Assembly (NCBI GenBank): GCA_903813345.2
Contig: CAIIXF020000001.1
Span: 124,001 to 188,000, forward strand
Direction: 5' to 3'
Length of the DNA: 64,000 nucleotides
Source: Owenia fusiformis
Lineage: Eukaryota
Below are positions 36,700-50,600 of this stretch, piece after piece (the first letter of the stretch is position 1; each line of letters begins with the position of its first letter). The notes under the pieces were generated by a model that saw only the letters and a program-made list of their open reading frames with translations, made no database searches and was not told the DNA's origin. A program made the translations under genes and the position numbers.

Positions 36700-39071
36700 A
36701 CCGCTGAATATTGAAACAGAATCATCAAAAACTGTGATCTAAACAAAGTGCAGACAGGAAGACATAGTCATAATTGACAAAATAGCCCAACCTTGTGAGT
36801 TCAAAAATAGTCAAAATATTAAAAGGGAAGTCAGTAAGTATCAGTCTCAGATTGACATTTAATATTTCTATAGTCTAAACAGAGGGGGGTTGCTACACAT
36901 TGTAGGAACTCTGAGGACGCAGACCTACTCAAGAACAACCTCAACAATAAGGCCTTTGGCGGTGAAGCACACGTCCATGACATGACTCCCCTACCGAGAG
37001 CTACGTTATCTACAGATGCAGTTAAAAAGGTCATAGAGGAGAACACTAAGGCAGAAGTGGATTTTTAACAGCTACACTACAAGGATACAGGTAAACCTTT
37101 GCCTATAGTAAAGATAACTTGTAAAAGTCACTCTGACCTAAATAGCTTATAGCTCAAATGCAAAATTTCTGTGCCTGGAATCAATTGGCAAATTCTACCC
37201 TTTAGAAAGGCAACTTGCAAGCCTGTACGCTGCTTCAACTGTCAAATTTTTGGGCACACAGCAAATTTATGCACAGCAAAAAGCAGATGCTCAAAATGTT
37301 CTGAGCCACATGAAGAAAGGCTCATTTGTGCAAACAAACCTAACTTAGTATTAATTGTGGGGAAGCACATGAACCAGGTAGTTCACTCTGTAGAACTTAT
37401 AGAGACATTTTGACAAAGTTAGAAAGCAGACATTAAGCAGTGAAATATGCTGGGCTACATAAATGCGCACAAAATAACACTATTTGTGACATTGATTGCA
37501 ATCATGAAAATTCTACAAGCAAACATAAGATCTGCAAATGCATCAATTAATTTTCTGGAGAATCTTGTATCAAAAGACATAAAACTCTTCTGCTTAAGTG
37601 AAATTTGGGACCCTGATGTTGAAAACTTCAAAATTTTAAAATCATGGAAATGGATAAAACATATAAGGAAAGACAGGGTTGGAGGAGGGGCAGCTATTGT
37701 GGCTGCGGGTGATGTGAAAATGATGTATGAAAGGAATGATCTCAAAAGAGACAATGTAGAGGCAGTGTGGGCCAATGTATATCTGCATGACTTTTTCTGT
37801 GTTGTAGGCTCAGTCTACATTCCACCTAACAACAATGAGGCAATGTGTGAGTTTTTAAGATGCGCTGAAATTGTTATGAGAAATAAGGCACCAGTTATTC
37901 TAGTGGGAGATTTCAATGCAAAGTACCAAATGTGAAACAGCAAAAATTCAGATAATCTTGGAATATTACTCATCAATTTCATAAATAGTAATGACATCCA
38001 TATTGTCAATAACAACACACCTACTAGAGGGGAGGCAATTTTGGACCTAACACTGTGCTCAACTAGCATCAAAAACAAAATAGCAAATTGGGCTGTCAGA
38101 CCAGAATTTTTCTGAAATCTGATCACAATGCAATCGTTTTTGAACTGGGCAAAGGACGTGGCCAAAGAGAGATGGAATTTCAAGTCTGCTGATTGAGATG
38201 GTTTCAGACTAAAACATAACTCGCTGTTTGCTGACTTTGTTTCAGATCCTGAAGATATTGAAGCCAGCTACTCTAAGCTTTGTGAGCTGATACTGTCTGC
38301 TGCTGAGCAAACCATTCAGAAGAAGAAAAGTTGTGGCAAAAGTAAAGGCTGGTGGTCGCCTGAATTGTCAATACTGGTAAAAAAAGGTAAGAAGAGCAAA
38401 GAGAGTATTCCAAAAAAGGTGCATTCCACAAAATGAGCAAATGTATAGAAATTCAGTTAAAACATTTCAAGAAGAAGCTCAACTTCGAAAAAACACGTAT
38501 TGGAATGATCTCTTTGGTCAGCTTGACCTTAAAATTCCAACAAAATGTGGAAGATTGTAGCAAGGTATAATGGCCCAAAAACAAAATGTGTCATCCAGCC
38601 AATCATCAGGCCAGATGGCACGATAGCTGTGACCAATAAAGAAATCACAGAAGCTTTTATGGTCAAATATGGAAATGAAATTATGTCTGTCCAATCTCAT
38701 TCAATATGGTACAATTACATTGAAAACACTGTTGAGAGAATTTTGACAACACAAAGAGCTATTATTACTGAAACGAACTACAGCAAAACTTGTGAAATAG
38801 AAAACATTGATCTGAATTTATATGAGATTGAGAATGCCATAAAATCATGTGTTAATTACTCATCACCGAGCCCTAGGGAAAAGATACATAAAATCATGTT
38901 AAAAAACGGGGGCAGTGCTTTGTCAAAATCACTTCATAATTTATTTCAAACCTGCTGGTCTAAAGGCGTATTGCAAGCAGAGTTTTGCATGGACTCCAAG
39001 TCCATGATTCCTTACCCTACCAGGGAATGTTATAATACTGATGTGAGTTACAGACCAATAACACTGGAATC
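36700..39071 (+). mobile_element. Decayed I-group (I/Nimb/Jockey-like) LINE, 5' part only
   Basis: ORF1 knuckles RCFNCQIFGHTANLC/CSKCSEPH. ORF2 APE MKILQANIRS...GDFNAK...SDH, continuing to SYRPITLES, where it is cut off by the poly(T) of the next element. Confidence 0.8.
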
Positions 39072-42000
39072 TTTTTTTTTTTAAACAATAGGTTTATTTC
39101 ATTGATATATTTTTCATGGCATAATACACAATCATGCGGCAAATCGCCTTCTGGCATTTTATGTCCGCTTTCAATTACAATGTTACATATGAATATACGA
39201 AAAATTCAAGAAAAATAAAACACACCCACTGTTTAGATGTGGCATGTTATAAATGAAGTGTACTGACGGGGACCTGCTGCAACATAGATGGGGCGACCAA
39301 TTACACATTTGGGTTGAGTAAGTGGGGTCTAAGGTAGTCAGATTATGTACAACCATGCACAACCATTAACAGTTTTCTAAAAGAAATGTTGCTGTCAACT
39401 GAAATAGATTGTCTAATTTATCATGGGTGAGTTCGGGATCACCAAAGAGATATAAATCAATTTTATCCTGTTGGGTTTTATAACGAGATGTATCATCCAC
39501 AATTAACTCAATGGCTTCATTGAATTGATGAAGTTTATTCATTCTCATGGGGCAGCTAAAAAATAAATGTATCAAGGTCTCAGGGGACCCAAACTCACAG
39601 TTTGGGGAGTCAACATTATTCCAGTTGTGAGATATCAATTGGGTCTTCAAAATAAGGTCGACTCTGGCTCTGTTGAGGTACATCTCTTGCCTGCGATTTA
39701 GAATATTGAGGGACACAGTAGATATAATCCCAGGGAACATTTCGATTTTTAGTCTCCTTTTAAAAGAGGCCAATGAAGGAAGGGACTTCAGATAAGGCTG
39801 ATCACGTTGTACATTGTTCCATATCTCGACCATCTTGTATATTGGTGATTTTCTGGGATAATTAATAGGCATGATATAATCTCTGTTAAAACGCGTATTT
39901 CTAATATTGACTCTTTTATAAGGAATGAATATATGTCTGTTATATATGATGGAATGAGGGCATTGTCGACTTTATACATAAGACTCTTAAAATGAAAATT
40001 TCTACGATCAAGTAAGCAAGACCAATTTAAAATTTTGAACACTTTACAGGCACTTGATCCTGACAGAGCTCCAGACACAATTAGACCAGCTTGGTACTGT
40101 AAACTTCTAAGCTTTTTTAGGTCAATTTGGTTTGCACCATCATATAGGACATCACAGTATTCAAAGAGTGACTGGATATAGGCATTATACATGATATTGA
40201 GATGTTCGGACTTCAGTCTTCCTTTCAGAGCTTTCATTGGATTAAGTGCTGTCTGGATCTTAGAGGCTAAATAGTTGATGTGAACTGATCCACATAGCTT
40301 ATTGTCAAAGTAGTAGCCAAGGTGTGTATGGGTGTCAGTTCTTGCGATTGCGTGGCCATTTAACACAATCGGAGGATAATTATTTGCATTATTATTCTTA
40401 GAAAAAATCAACTTTTTGCTTTTTTCTGGCTTAAATTCAAGTTTCCAGATGTCAGACCAATTTTCTACCTTTTGAATATCATTTTGGAGTTGAATATGAG
40501 ATAGGTTGTCATTTGGGCTTGTTGGCAAAAATATTGATGTGTCATCGGCGTATATGAAGCATTTCAAAGATAAAGTATCAGGCAAGTCATTATTAATGTA
40601 TATAAGGAAGAGGAGCGGCCCAAGGATACTTCCTTGAGGGACACTGCAGTTTATATAGTTGTCCGGGGATGTTTGAGATGATTTACCATTTACTGTGACC
40701 TTTATTTTTCTATTTGAGAGGTATGAAATAATAAAATTCAAGAGCTTTCCTGAAAAGCCATATGCTTTCAGCTTATGTATTAACAGATGGTGTGGTACCC
40801 TATCAAAAGCGGCCGAAATGTCCAAAAAGACCGACCTAGTATCAAAGCCATTACTAAAATTTGTCCAAATAAAATCATGAATCGCTAGAAGTTGGATTTC
40901 ATTGCAATGACCCTTCAAAAATCCGGATTGATAATTGTAAAGTAGATTGTTTTCAATAAGGTGCTTGTTCATTTTATCATAGACTATCCTTTCAATGATT
41001 TTGGAAACAATGCTTAGGAGAGAGATAGGTCTGTAATAATATTGTTAAGATTATTTTTGCTATCTTTTTTATGTATAGGGCAAACATTCCCAAGTTTCCA
41101 AATTTGAGGAAAAGTGTTTGCCTGTAAAAGTTTATTGAATAAAATGTAGAGAGGAAATGAAATTGACTTTGAGCATATTTGGAGCATTTTGATGGTGATT
41201 TCATCAGGGCCATTGGCCTTGGAAGGGTCAAGATTATTTATTATGTTAGTAATATCCTGTCTATCAAATGTAATATCACTTAACAGATTATCGCACCTCT
41301 GAGGAAATGGAGTGTCAAAGTGGTCAAAATTTTCATTTGAATGTTTTTTTTTCAACAAAGAAGTTAAGAAAGGCATCAGATTTCTCTTGACTAGAACTGA
41401 AGATTATGCCTGACTGTTTTTGATAAGTACCCAAAATTTGTCATTGGCATGAGTCTCGCCATTCAATGAGTCAACCTGTTCATTTGTAAAATTTTCCTTG
41501 GTAGATGTTACGAGATTTTTAACAACTTCTACCAAACTATTTTTTCTTTTTTTGAATAGCATGAGCAATTATCTCATTATACCAGGGTTTATCATTGGCT
41601 TTTACTTTTTTGAGTTTGCTTGGAATGTGCAGTGTAAACAATGCCATCATTTTATTTGTAAACACTTCAGTCAAAATATTTACATCTTCAGTCTGATTAA
41701 GAAATTCATTCCACACCTTGGAAAAATTCAAAAGGCCAGGTGAATTGGTAATTGTCAAATCAATACAGCTAGATGATGTTGGAGTTATTCTTGTGGGTTC
41801 TTTAACAGTTTGGTCAAATCCATTTTGAAATAGAATATCATTTAGAAGTTTCCCGGTGTAATCTTCATCTCCCTGGAGGAACCAAGATTTGCTTTTTGCA
41901 TTAAAATCTCCGTTTAGATAATCCCATCGAAATTAATGTTGTTCAATTGTTGGAGTTTTTGATTCATCAAGTTTAAATATTCATCTCTCTGATTGGCTGA

Positions 42001-42965
42001 TTGCGAAGGGGAACGATAAAAGACCCCGTAAAGAAATTTTTAATGTTTTATTTTTAACTCAACCCACATTGCATCAAGGCCATCAATAATACTGAGATCA
42101 GGCCTAGGTGTCTGCAAGATGTTCTCGTGGGTGTAAATCATTAAACCGCGACCATTTGGAGAGTAAAGGGGCGTGTGAAATCCCTTCAGCAAATATTTAT
42201 CATGTATGATGTTATCTGTTAAAAGACCAGCTTCACATAGTCCTATAACATTAGCATTATTATTTCTACTCCAAATATCAAGGGCTTCAAATCTAGCGCC
42301 ATTATCAGCCCTGAGGCTATTTATATTTGAGAAAACTATATTTAATTCATCAGGCCCAGGATTACTTTCAAAATCATTGGACAAGGTCAAAATGAGATCA
42401 GAAATATTGGGTTGACAGAAAAGTATACTGAAACCTTGTATAAGGCCTATAAGTAGTGACAGGCATGTAGTCAGCAACAGAGCCAGAGTGTACCTTGGAT
42501 TTAGCTTGTATTTATTTATACTGTAGAGTCTCCATGAAAAGGACACTGAAACAAAAATTGAAACAAGCATTGTACTCAAGATTTTACATATAACTAAAAT
42601 AGATATTATGCATGTTTTGATGTCAATGAGTTGCCTTAGGTTATATTGAGGATGATACAGTGTAAAGCATATTCCCAGCAAGAGAGTACTGATTGTTATC
42701 AGGAGAATTAAAGTGAGCTTAGAAAATAATAAGTTCTTAAACTGGAGAAAATTCAAATTGAAGTTATTGGTTGTATTTGTAGAAGTTACCTTACATAATC
42801 CCACTCTGAACATACCTATCGCAGACCTCAATTGCATAATACTAACCCCCATGTGCAACTACAGCCCCAGGGATGACAGCAGCAGCACTCCACCAGCACA
42901 CAATCATGGTTCTAACATCAAGCATACGTTGAAATGGAACACGAGAGGATCGCCTCGGAAAAATA
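39072..42965 (-). mobile_element. Near full-length but decayed CR1-group LINE with hydrophobic leader, 2A-like motif and poly(A) tail
   Basis: ORF pieces from 42858 to 39366: leader, NDFESNPGP, APE, KANGPDEI, VPQGSILGP, YADD, ETLIHLFFSCP. AATAAA and an A11 tail at 39072-39082. Clearly homologous to the 11731-15205 element. The 5' end is approximate. Confidence 0.9.
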
Positions 42966-43206
42966 AAAGCTTATGAGTAATTTATCAAGTAACAATTGGC
43001 TCAAAACAATAGTCTATATACACTGTGGTTGACATGCACATTTCTGTGCAGTTCAGAGTGATACAACATCACATGTACTTAAAGTTGACATTTCAAGGTG
43101 GATTATAGGTGTATACAGCTTGGTTATTATCATATAGTTGAATACCAAACCATAACAAAATACCATAGCATTGTATAGGAGAATAGTGTAGCGTTCCTAG
43201 CAGATA

Positions 43207-46200
43207 TAAAAATTAGTACCGTGGGTACTGGGCTCACATGGTGACAGAAAAAAACGGATATAATGTTTTGCTGATTTTTTGTCACAAAATTATTTCAAGC
43301 CACTTGCCACTATTTTGGACTGACGGAAAGACAGATGGACAAATCGATGTTAAGTAAAATTGCTGAAAAAAAACGGATATAATTTTTTTTCAATTATTTG
43401 GAACAAAATTATTTCATACAATAGGCCATCAGCTTCGCCCCAAAATTTAGGTTATCGGTATCAAGTTAGGGGAATAATCGCCATAGTGATTTTTGGGAAG
43501 GTTATGACCTCTAGAGTAAGAAAATGTGTGATAGCATTGCAACAGTTGTAGTTAAATGGGTGTTATCACCCATTTTTCAAAATGGCTGCCAGTGCACGAG
43601 TTACAATATAAAAGTAGGTATATCTAAGCATACTGAGGTACAAAAACTGTGATTTTAGAATCCATGTTTGGGTTTAAGGGGTCAGGGATTTCATCTATGT
43701 CTAAATTGGAGTCATCAAATAATCAGTTTTCATAAAAATCCAAGATGGCTGCTAAAATGGGTGCCAGAACGAATTTGTAATTATTGATATAAACTCAAAA
43801 AAAACACTTAAGAATAGTGATTTTGGAGCCCATGTCTACTTTATAGGGGCCAAGGATTTAATTTATGTCTAACGCTCCCAGTCCTTAAATAATTACTTTT
43901 CATAGAAATCCAAAATGGCCGCCAAAATGAGTGCCAAAACGAATATGTAACTTCGGATTTAAGCCTAAAAAAACACTAAGAACAGTGATTTTGGAGCCCA
44001 TGTGTACATTTTAGGGGTCAAGGATTTCATTTATGTCTAAACCTTCGAGTCATTAAATAATTGCTCTGCATAAAAATCCAAGATGGCCACCAAAATGGGT
44101 GCCAAAACAAATATGTAACTTCTGATTTAAGCTATAAAAAAACACTTAAAAACAGTGATTTGGAGTCTATTTGCACATCTTAGGAGTCAATGATTTCATT
44201 TATGTCTAAATCAAAGTCATCAAATAATAACTTTTTAAAGAAATCCAAGATGGCCACCAAAACGGGTGCCGAAACGAATATGTTAACATTGATTTAAGCT
44301 CAAAGAACAGATGAGAACAGTGATTTTGGAGACCATGTCCACATTTTAGGGGTCAAGGATTTCATTTATGTCTAGAATCAAGTCATCAAACAATTACTTT
44401 ATATAGAAATCAAATATGGCCACCAAAATGGGTGCCAAAATGAATATGAAACTATTGATTTAAGCTCAAAGAACAATTAAGAACAGTGATTTTTGCACAC
44501 CATGTATATTTTTGTAAAGGCCAAGGATTTCATTTATGTCTAAATCTAAGTTATCAAATAAATAATTTTTATAGAAATTCAAGATGGCCACCAAAATGGG
44601 TGCCAAAACAAATATGTAACTATTAATTCAAGCTTAGAACAGTTCAGAACAGTGATTTTTTGAGACTGTGTCCAGGTTTAATGGGATAAGAATTTCAATT
44701 ATGTGTATAACTAAGTCATCAAATAATTCCTTCATATGGACATCAAGAAGGCCGCCAAAATGGCTGCAGATGTGAATATGCAGAAGTAAACTTTTTATCT
44801 AAACATAGAGCAGTTAGGACATTATTTTTGGATGTCATTTCTAATTTGTGAGGTCAATGATTTTAATTTTGTCAAACAAAATCATTGAATAATTTATTTA
44901 TATACATGTCCAAGATGGCTGCCAAAATGACTGAAAAACAAAAAAATTATGGAGCTTAACTATTGATTTAAGCACACGGATCACTAAGAACGATAATTTT
45001 GAAACAATGGTATTCTCATCTCCTTTTGATTGCACAGTCTTAGTTTTTGTTCTGCTCTCATTGTACTTCCTTTTTAAGTTTTTCACGTGTGTGACACTTC
45101 TTCCGATGCCTAGCCTTGCTGCATATATATATGCATATCAGTCGTACACTGTTGATTCTGATGATTTATTTCGAGATGATCTTTTTGTGCATAGGCACTG
45201 ATACTAGCCCCCTCGCTTATCCTTTCAAAATGACTGTTGCTAACTGTTCTTTGAGCTTAAATCAAAAGTTACATATTCGTTTTGGCACCCATTTTTGTGG
45301 CTATCATGGATTTCTATAAAACGTGATTATTTGATGACTCAGATTTAGACATAAATAAAATCCTTGGTCCCTAAAATGTAGATAAGGGCTCCAATTCATT
45401 GTTCTTAAGTGTTTTTGAGCTTAAATCAATAATAACATATTCTTTTCGGCACCCATTTTGGTGGCCATCTTGGATTTCAATTAAAAAGTAATTATTTGAT
45501 GACTCAGATTTAGACATAAATGAAATCCTTGACCCCTAAAATGTAGACATGGGCTCCAAAATCACTGTTCTTAAGTGTTTTTAAGCTTCAATCAATAGTT
45601 ACAATAGTTTTGGCACCAATTTTGGTCGCCATCTTGGATTTCTATAAAAAGTAATTGTTTGAGGAGTTAGATGTAGACATAAATGAAATGATTGACTCCT
45701 AAAACCCAAACATAGGTCCTAAAATCACAATTTTTGCATCTCAGTGTGCTTAGATATACCCACTCTTATAGTGTAACATGTGCATTGGCGGCCATTTTGA
45801 AAAATGGGTGATAACACCCATTTAGCTACAACTGTTGCAATGCTATCACATATTTTCTTACTCTAGGGGTCTACACTGTCCCAAAAATCACTACGGGGAT
45901 TATTCCCCTGATTTGATACCGACCAACCCCCCAGGCTGATGGACTACAACTACTCTTTACAGTGACATGGCTTTTTGCAATGCAAGACACCTGAAATTAT
46001 TTGTAAAGCTAGGAAATGGGCCAAAATTGAATTTCGCGAGACAAAAATGACGACCATTTTGAAATCAGGCAAGCTTTTGAACCAGGAGTCAAAGGGGAGT
46101 TTTTTTGTATTGATGTTGAACAAAAATAACGTGAAACTGGAATCCTATCAACAGAGGTTTTAAGTAAATGGTCCAAAAGAGGATTTCGCGAGACAGATGA

Positions 46201-47430
46201 ACAAATCAATGTTAACTAAAATGGCTGAAAATAAAAAAACAGATATAATATTTTGCCTATTGTTTGTAACAAAATTATTTCATACAACTACTCTTTACAG
46301 TGACATGGCTTTTTACAATGCAGGACAGCTGAAATTATTTGTAAAGCTATGAAATGGGCAAAAAGTGAATTTCGCGAAACAAGAATGGCGACCATTTTGA
46401 AAGTAGGCGAGCTTTTGAACCAAGAGTCATAGGAGAGTTTTTTGTATTGATGTTGAACAAAATTAACTTAAAACGGGAATCCTATCGACAGAGGGTTTAA
46501 GGTAAATGGTCCAAAAGTGGATTTTGCGAGACAGATGGACAAATCAATGTTAACTAAAATGGCTGAAAATAGAAAAATGGATATAATTTTTCACTGATTT
46601 CTCGTAACAAAATTATTTCATACATCTTCTCTTTACATTGACATGGATTTTTACAATGTAGGACACTTGAAATTATTTGTAAAGCTAGGAAATGGGTGAA
46701 AAGTGAATTTCGCGAGACAAAAATGGCGGCCATTTTGAAAATAGGCGAGCTTTTGAACCAGGAGTCATAGGGGAGTTTTCTGTATTGATGTTAACAAGAA
46801 ATGACTTAAAACAGGAATCCTATCAACAGAGGTTTTAAAACGTGCCACTGTTATTGACGTAAAGTGGATTTCGCGAGTCAGATAGACAAATCAATGTTAA
46901 CTAAAATGGCTGAAAATGAAAAAATGGATATAATTTTTCGCTGATTTTTTGTAACAATATTATAACATATATCTACCCTTTACATTGACATGGATTTTTA
47001 CAGTGTAGGACACCTGAAATTATTTGTAAAACTAGGAAATGGGTCAAAAGTGAATTTCCCGAGACAAAAGTGACGTCCATTTTGAAAATAGGCGAGCTTT
47101 TGAACCAGGAGTCACAGGGGAGTTTTCTGTATTGATCTTGAACAGAAATAACTTAAAACAGGAATCCTATCGACAGAGGTTTTAAAGGAATGGGTCAAAA
47201 GTGAATTTCGCGAGACAAAAGTGACGGCCATTTTGAAAATAGGCAAGCTTTTGAACCAGGAGTCATAGGGGAGTTTTCTGTATTGATCTTGAACAGAAAT
47301 AACTTAGAACAGGAATCCTATCGACAGAGGTTTAAAAACGTGCCACTATTGTTGACGGACAGACAGACGGATGGACGGACAGACAGACGGACAAGTGAGT
47401 GATTGCAAAAGCTCACCATGTGAGCTTAAA
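43207..47430 (+). mobile_element. Helentron-associated (HINE/pearl-like) element with about 340-bp tandem array, interrupted by a foldback element
   Basis: Left hairpin agtacc-gtg-ggtact and subterminal gctcacatggtga (43232), inverted at 47413. Units at 45953, 46291, 46629 and 46977. (GACA/GACG)n run at 47354-47393 and terminal hairpin agctcac-cat-gtgagct. Confidence 0.75.
43422..45946. mobile_element. 2.5-kb foldback DNA transposon (Academ-like ends) with internal about 168-bp tandem repeats
   Basis: TAG...CTA termini, long inverted arms, and a 3-bp CAA duplication (43419-21, 45947-49). The empty site catacaactactc is seen in the neighbouring repeat unit at 46281. Confidence 0.85.
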
Positions 47431-47681
47431 AGACAAGTATGTGGACGATAATTATCGTTTTGTACCCGTGAGTGCAAATTCATTTTTGCAAAAACTTTTT
47501 AAAACAATACAACAATTTGCTCCCATAGGCATAAACAGTCATGTTTAGGTGTTCTACGATAGCACGATCACTGTATATATAGTCAGCTTTCGATAAACAG
47601 TCATTTAGTAGTGATAAAGTAAGTAGAATTCGTGAAACTTACGGAATTCATGAAATTTTTCAGCATGTTCAACAGGAAAAT

Positions 47682-50600
47682 TGTCATAATATATGCTAAC
47701 TTACTACCAAAACTGTTTGTCTCAAAGTACTAGTATATGTGAGATTACCAAAATGTACAACTCTGAGTTCAAGTCAATAAAGCATGTAAATGTTTTGATA
47801 TAAAGAAGATTCTTAATCTTGTCTTTACGTGATATTTAGAGTAGTTCTGATAGAACTTTATAGATCCTTATATGGTGTCAGATTCATAGAACAAGGAAAT
47901 ATGTATAGATTGGAACCACCCGAGCAATTTGATGTGACTCAACCCAAGTTATGGAGACATTGGATTTCCAGGTTTGAGAGATTTAGGACAGCTAGTAAGT
48001 TGAAAACTGAAGCTGAATCTAATCAGATTGACACTTTGATATATGTCATGGGCCCAAAGGCTGAGACTATTTACAATACTTTTACGTATTCTGAGGACCG
48101 CAAGATAAAAACAAATATGAGACAATTTCCAAGAAATTTGAGCAGTATTTTGTACCCAAGGTAAACATTATAGAGGAACAAAGACAGTTTCACAACCTAG
48201 CTCAAACCAGTAGTGTTGATAATTTCTTGAGGGAACTATACGACAAGTGTGAAGTTTGTCAATTTGGAGATAAAACAGCCCAGGATCGAGAAATTATGCA
48301 CCAATTAATTGTTGGAATGAAAAATAAAGAGCTTGCCGACAAATTGAAGATTATGGACTATACGAAACTCACTTTGGCGAAAGTAATTGAGATGGCACGA
48401 CTGAGGGAATCAGTCATTACCTCAAATGAAGGGTCGCCTTCGATTTCAGTGGACGCTGTTAAGAAAAACAATTATCGTGTCAAAGGACGCTACAGTCAAA
48501 GTAAATCGAGTTCACAGGATAATATAAAGTGTGGCAAATGTCTGCTACAACATGACAAGGGCAAATGTCCAGCCCATAACGAGACTTGCCGATATTGTAA
48601 ATCCAAAGGACACTACAAACGTGCTTGCCGTAAATTGTTGTCAAAATCGACACATAGTGCCCATAATGTTGAAGATTGTGATTCGACAGATGGTGATTCG
48701 TATCTCGGTGAAATATATGAGGCTCAGGCTACAGATTTTCTTGAGGAAGTTGTGATCGACTTGGATGAGATGATTACCAACGATAATGAACCTCCATGGT
48801 ACCAAGAACTGAAGGTATGTGGGGAGGGTATCAAGTTCAAACTTGACAGTGGTGCAGACGTGTCTGTAATTAACTCTTCCACTTTTCAGAAATTTCAGTC
48901 AAAACCACCCCTGGTTTCATCTAAGTCCAAACTTAATAGTCTGGGAGGTAGAATCAGGAGTTTGGGTCAATTTAAGGCCAAGATTGAATATCAAGGGAAG
49001 ATTTTCAAAACAAGTATTCATGTCGTAGATAATCCCAAGGGTTCAAATCTCCTGTCAAGAGGGTGTGCCACAGGGATGGGTCTTATCAAGCGTATTCATG
49101 AATTACGAGTACCTAAACTTGAATCTAAGGTGAAAGATCGAGTCAATGATCCTGATATTTTCGGAGATGTTGGTAAAATCAAATATCAGCCAATCAAGAT
49201 TAAGCTCAAAGATGATGCTACCCCATATTGCATACCAGTTTCTAGACGTGTCAGTCTACCCCTTATGCCTAGAGTTAAAGCTAAACTGGAGAAAATGGTG
49301 AAGCAAGGTGTTATTTCACGTGTTACAGAACCTACCGATTGGTGTGCGCCAATGGTCGCGGTTGAAAAACGCAATGATCCAGAGCCAAGAATTTGTGTAG
49401 ATCTTCGCCAGTTGAATAAAAACATAAAACGCGAGAAATTTATGCTTCCGTCAACTGAAGACTTGGTACATAAAATGAAAAATTCCACAGTGTTTTCCGT
49501 GCTCGATGCTTCAAGTAGTTTCTGGGGTCTAACCCTTGAACATGAAAGTTCGTTACTCACAACGTTCATATCGCCTTTTGGCCGTTTCAAATTCAATCGA
49601 GTTCCTTTCGGTCTGAATTTTGCGAGCGAGTTATACCAAAGAATCATGATGGAAACGTTCGAAGGTATTGATGGTGTAGAGATATTTATCGATGATCTAA
49701 TTGTTCATGGTAAAGATACTGCGGAACATGATCGACGGTTGTCAGCGGTTTTGGAGAAGATTAGGACAGCCGGCATCAAACTGAACAAAGCAAAATGCAA
49801 GTTTTCTCAGAGCAAGGTAAGTTTCATGGGTTTTACCATTTCAAAAGATGGGATAAGTCCATCAGCGGAGAAAGTACCTGCTATTCAAGAATTGAAACCA
49901 CCTACTAATCAGACAGAATTGAAACGTGTGCTTGGATTGATCAATTTTCTTGGAAGATTCATTCCAAAGATGTCTACAGTTGCAGCCCCGATGTACAGTC
50001 TATTGAAAAAAGACACAGTGTTTACGTGGGACACAATGCAGCAGAAAGCTTTTGATGATGTCAAAGCACTGGTAAGTAACGCACCGGTTCTAGCATTTTA
50101 TGATCCACAGAAAGAGACTATTCTGAGCGCAGATGCAAGTAGCTACGGTATCGGTGGATGTTTATGGCAAAAACATGGCAGTATTTTGAAACCTGTTTCA
50201 TATGCATCACGTTCATTGTCAGAAACCGAGAAACGATATGCCATGATAGAGAAAGAGTGCTTAGCGGCAGTGTGGAGTTCAGAGAAATTTTCACGATATC
50301 TCATTGGTTTAGATTATGAACTACTCACTGATCACAAACCATTGATTCCACTGATTAACACAAAAGACATTGATCAGGTACCAATCAGAACACAACGTTT
50401 ATTGATGCGACTTATGCGGTTCAATGTAAAAGCAACATACGTGCCTGGTAGAGATATGGTCGTTGCGGATACTCTAAGTCGTGATCCATTGCCATATGAT
50501 TGTGACGTTATCGAGAAACAGAACGAAATTGAACAACATGTTGAAGCGATTGAGAAAAATCGTCCTATTGCAGATTATCTGATTGAATTGATAACAACTG

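Noticed and set aside
49186-49647. 153-aa antisense ORF within the Gypsy RT
   Set aside because: Shadow frame of the coding strand with no independent features.
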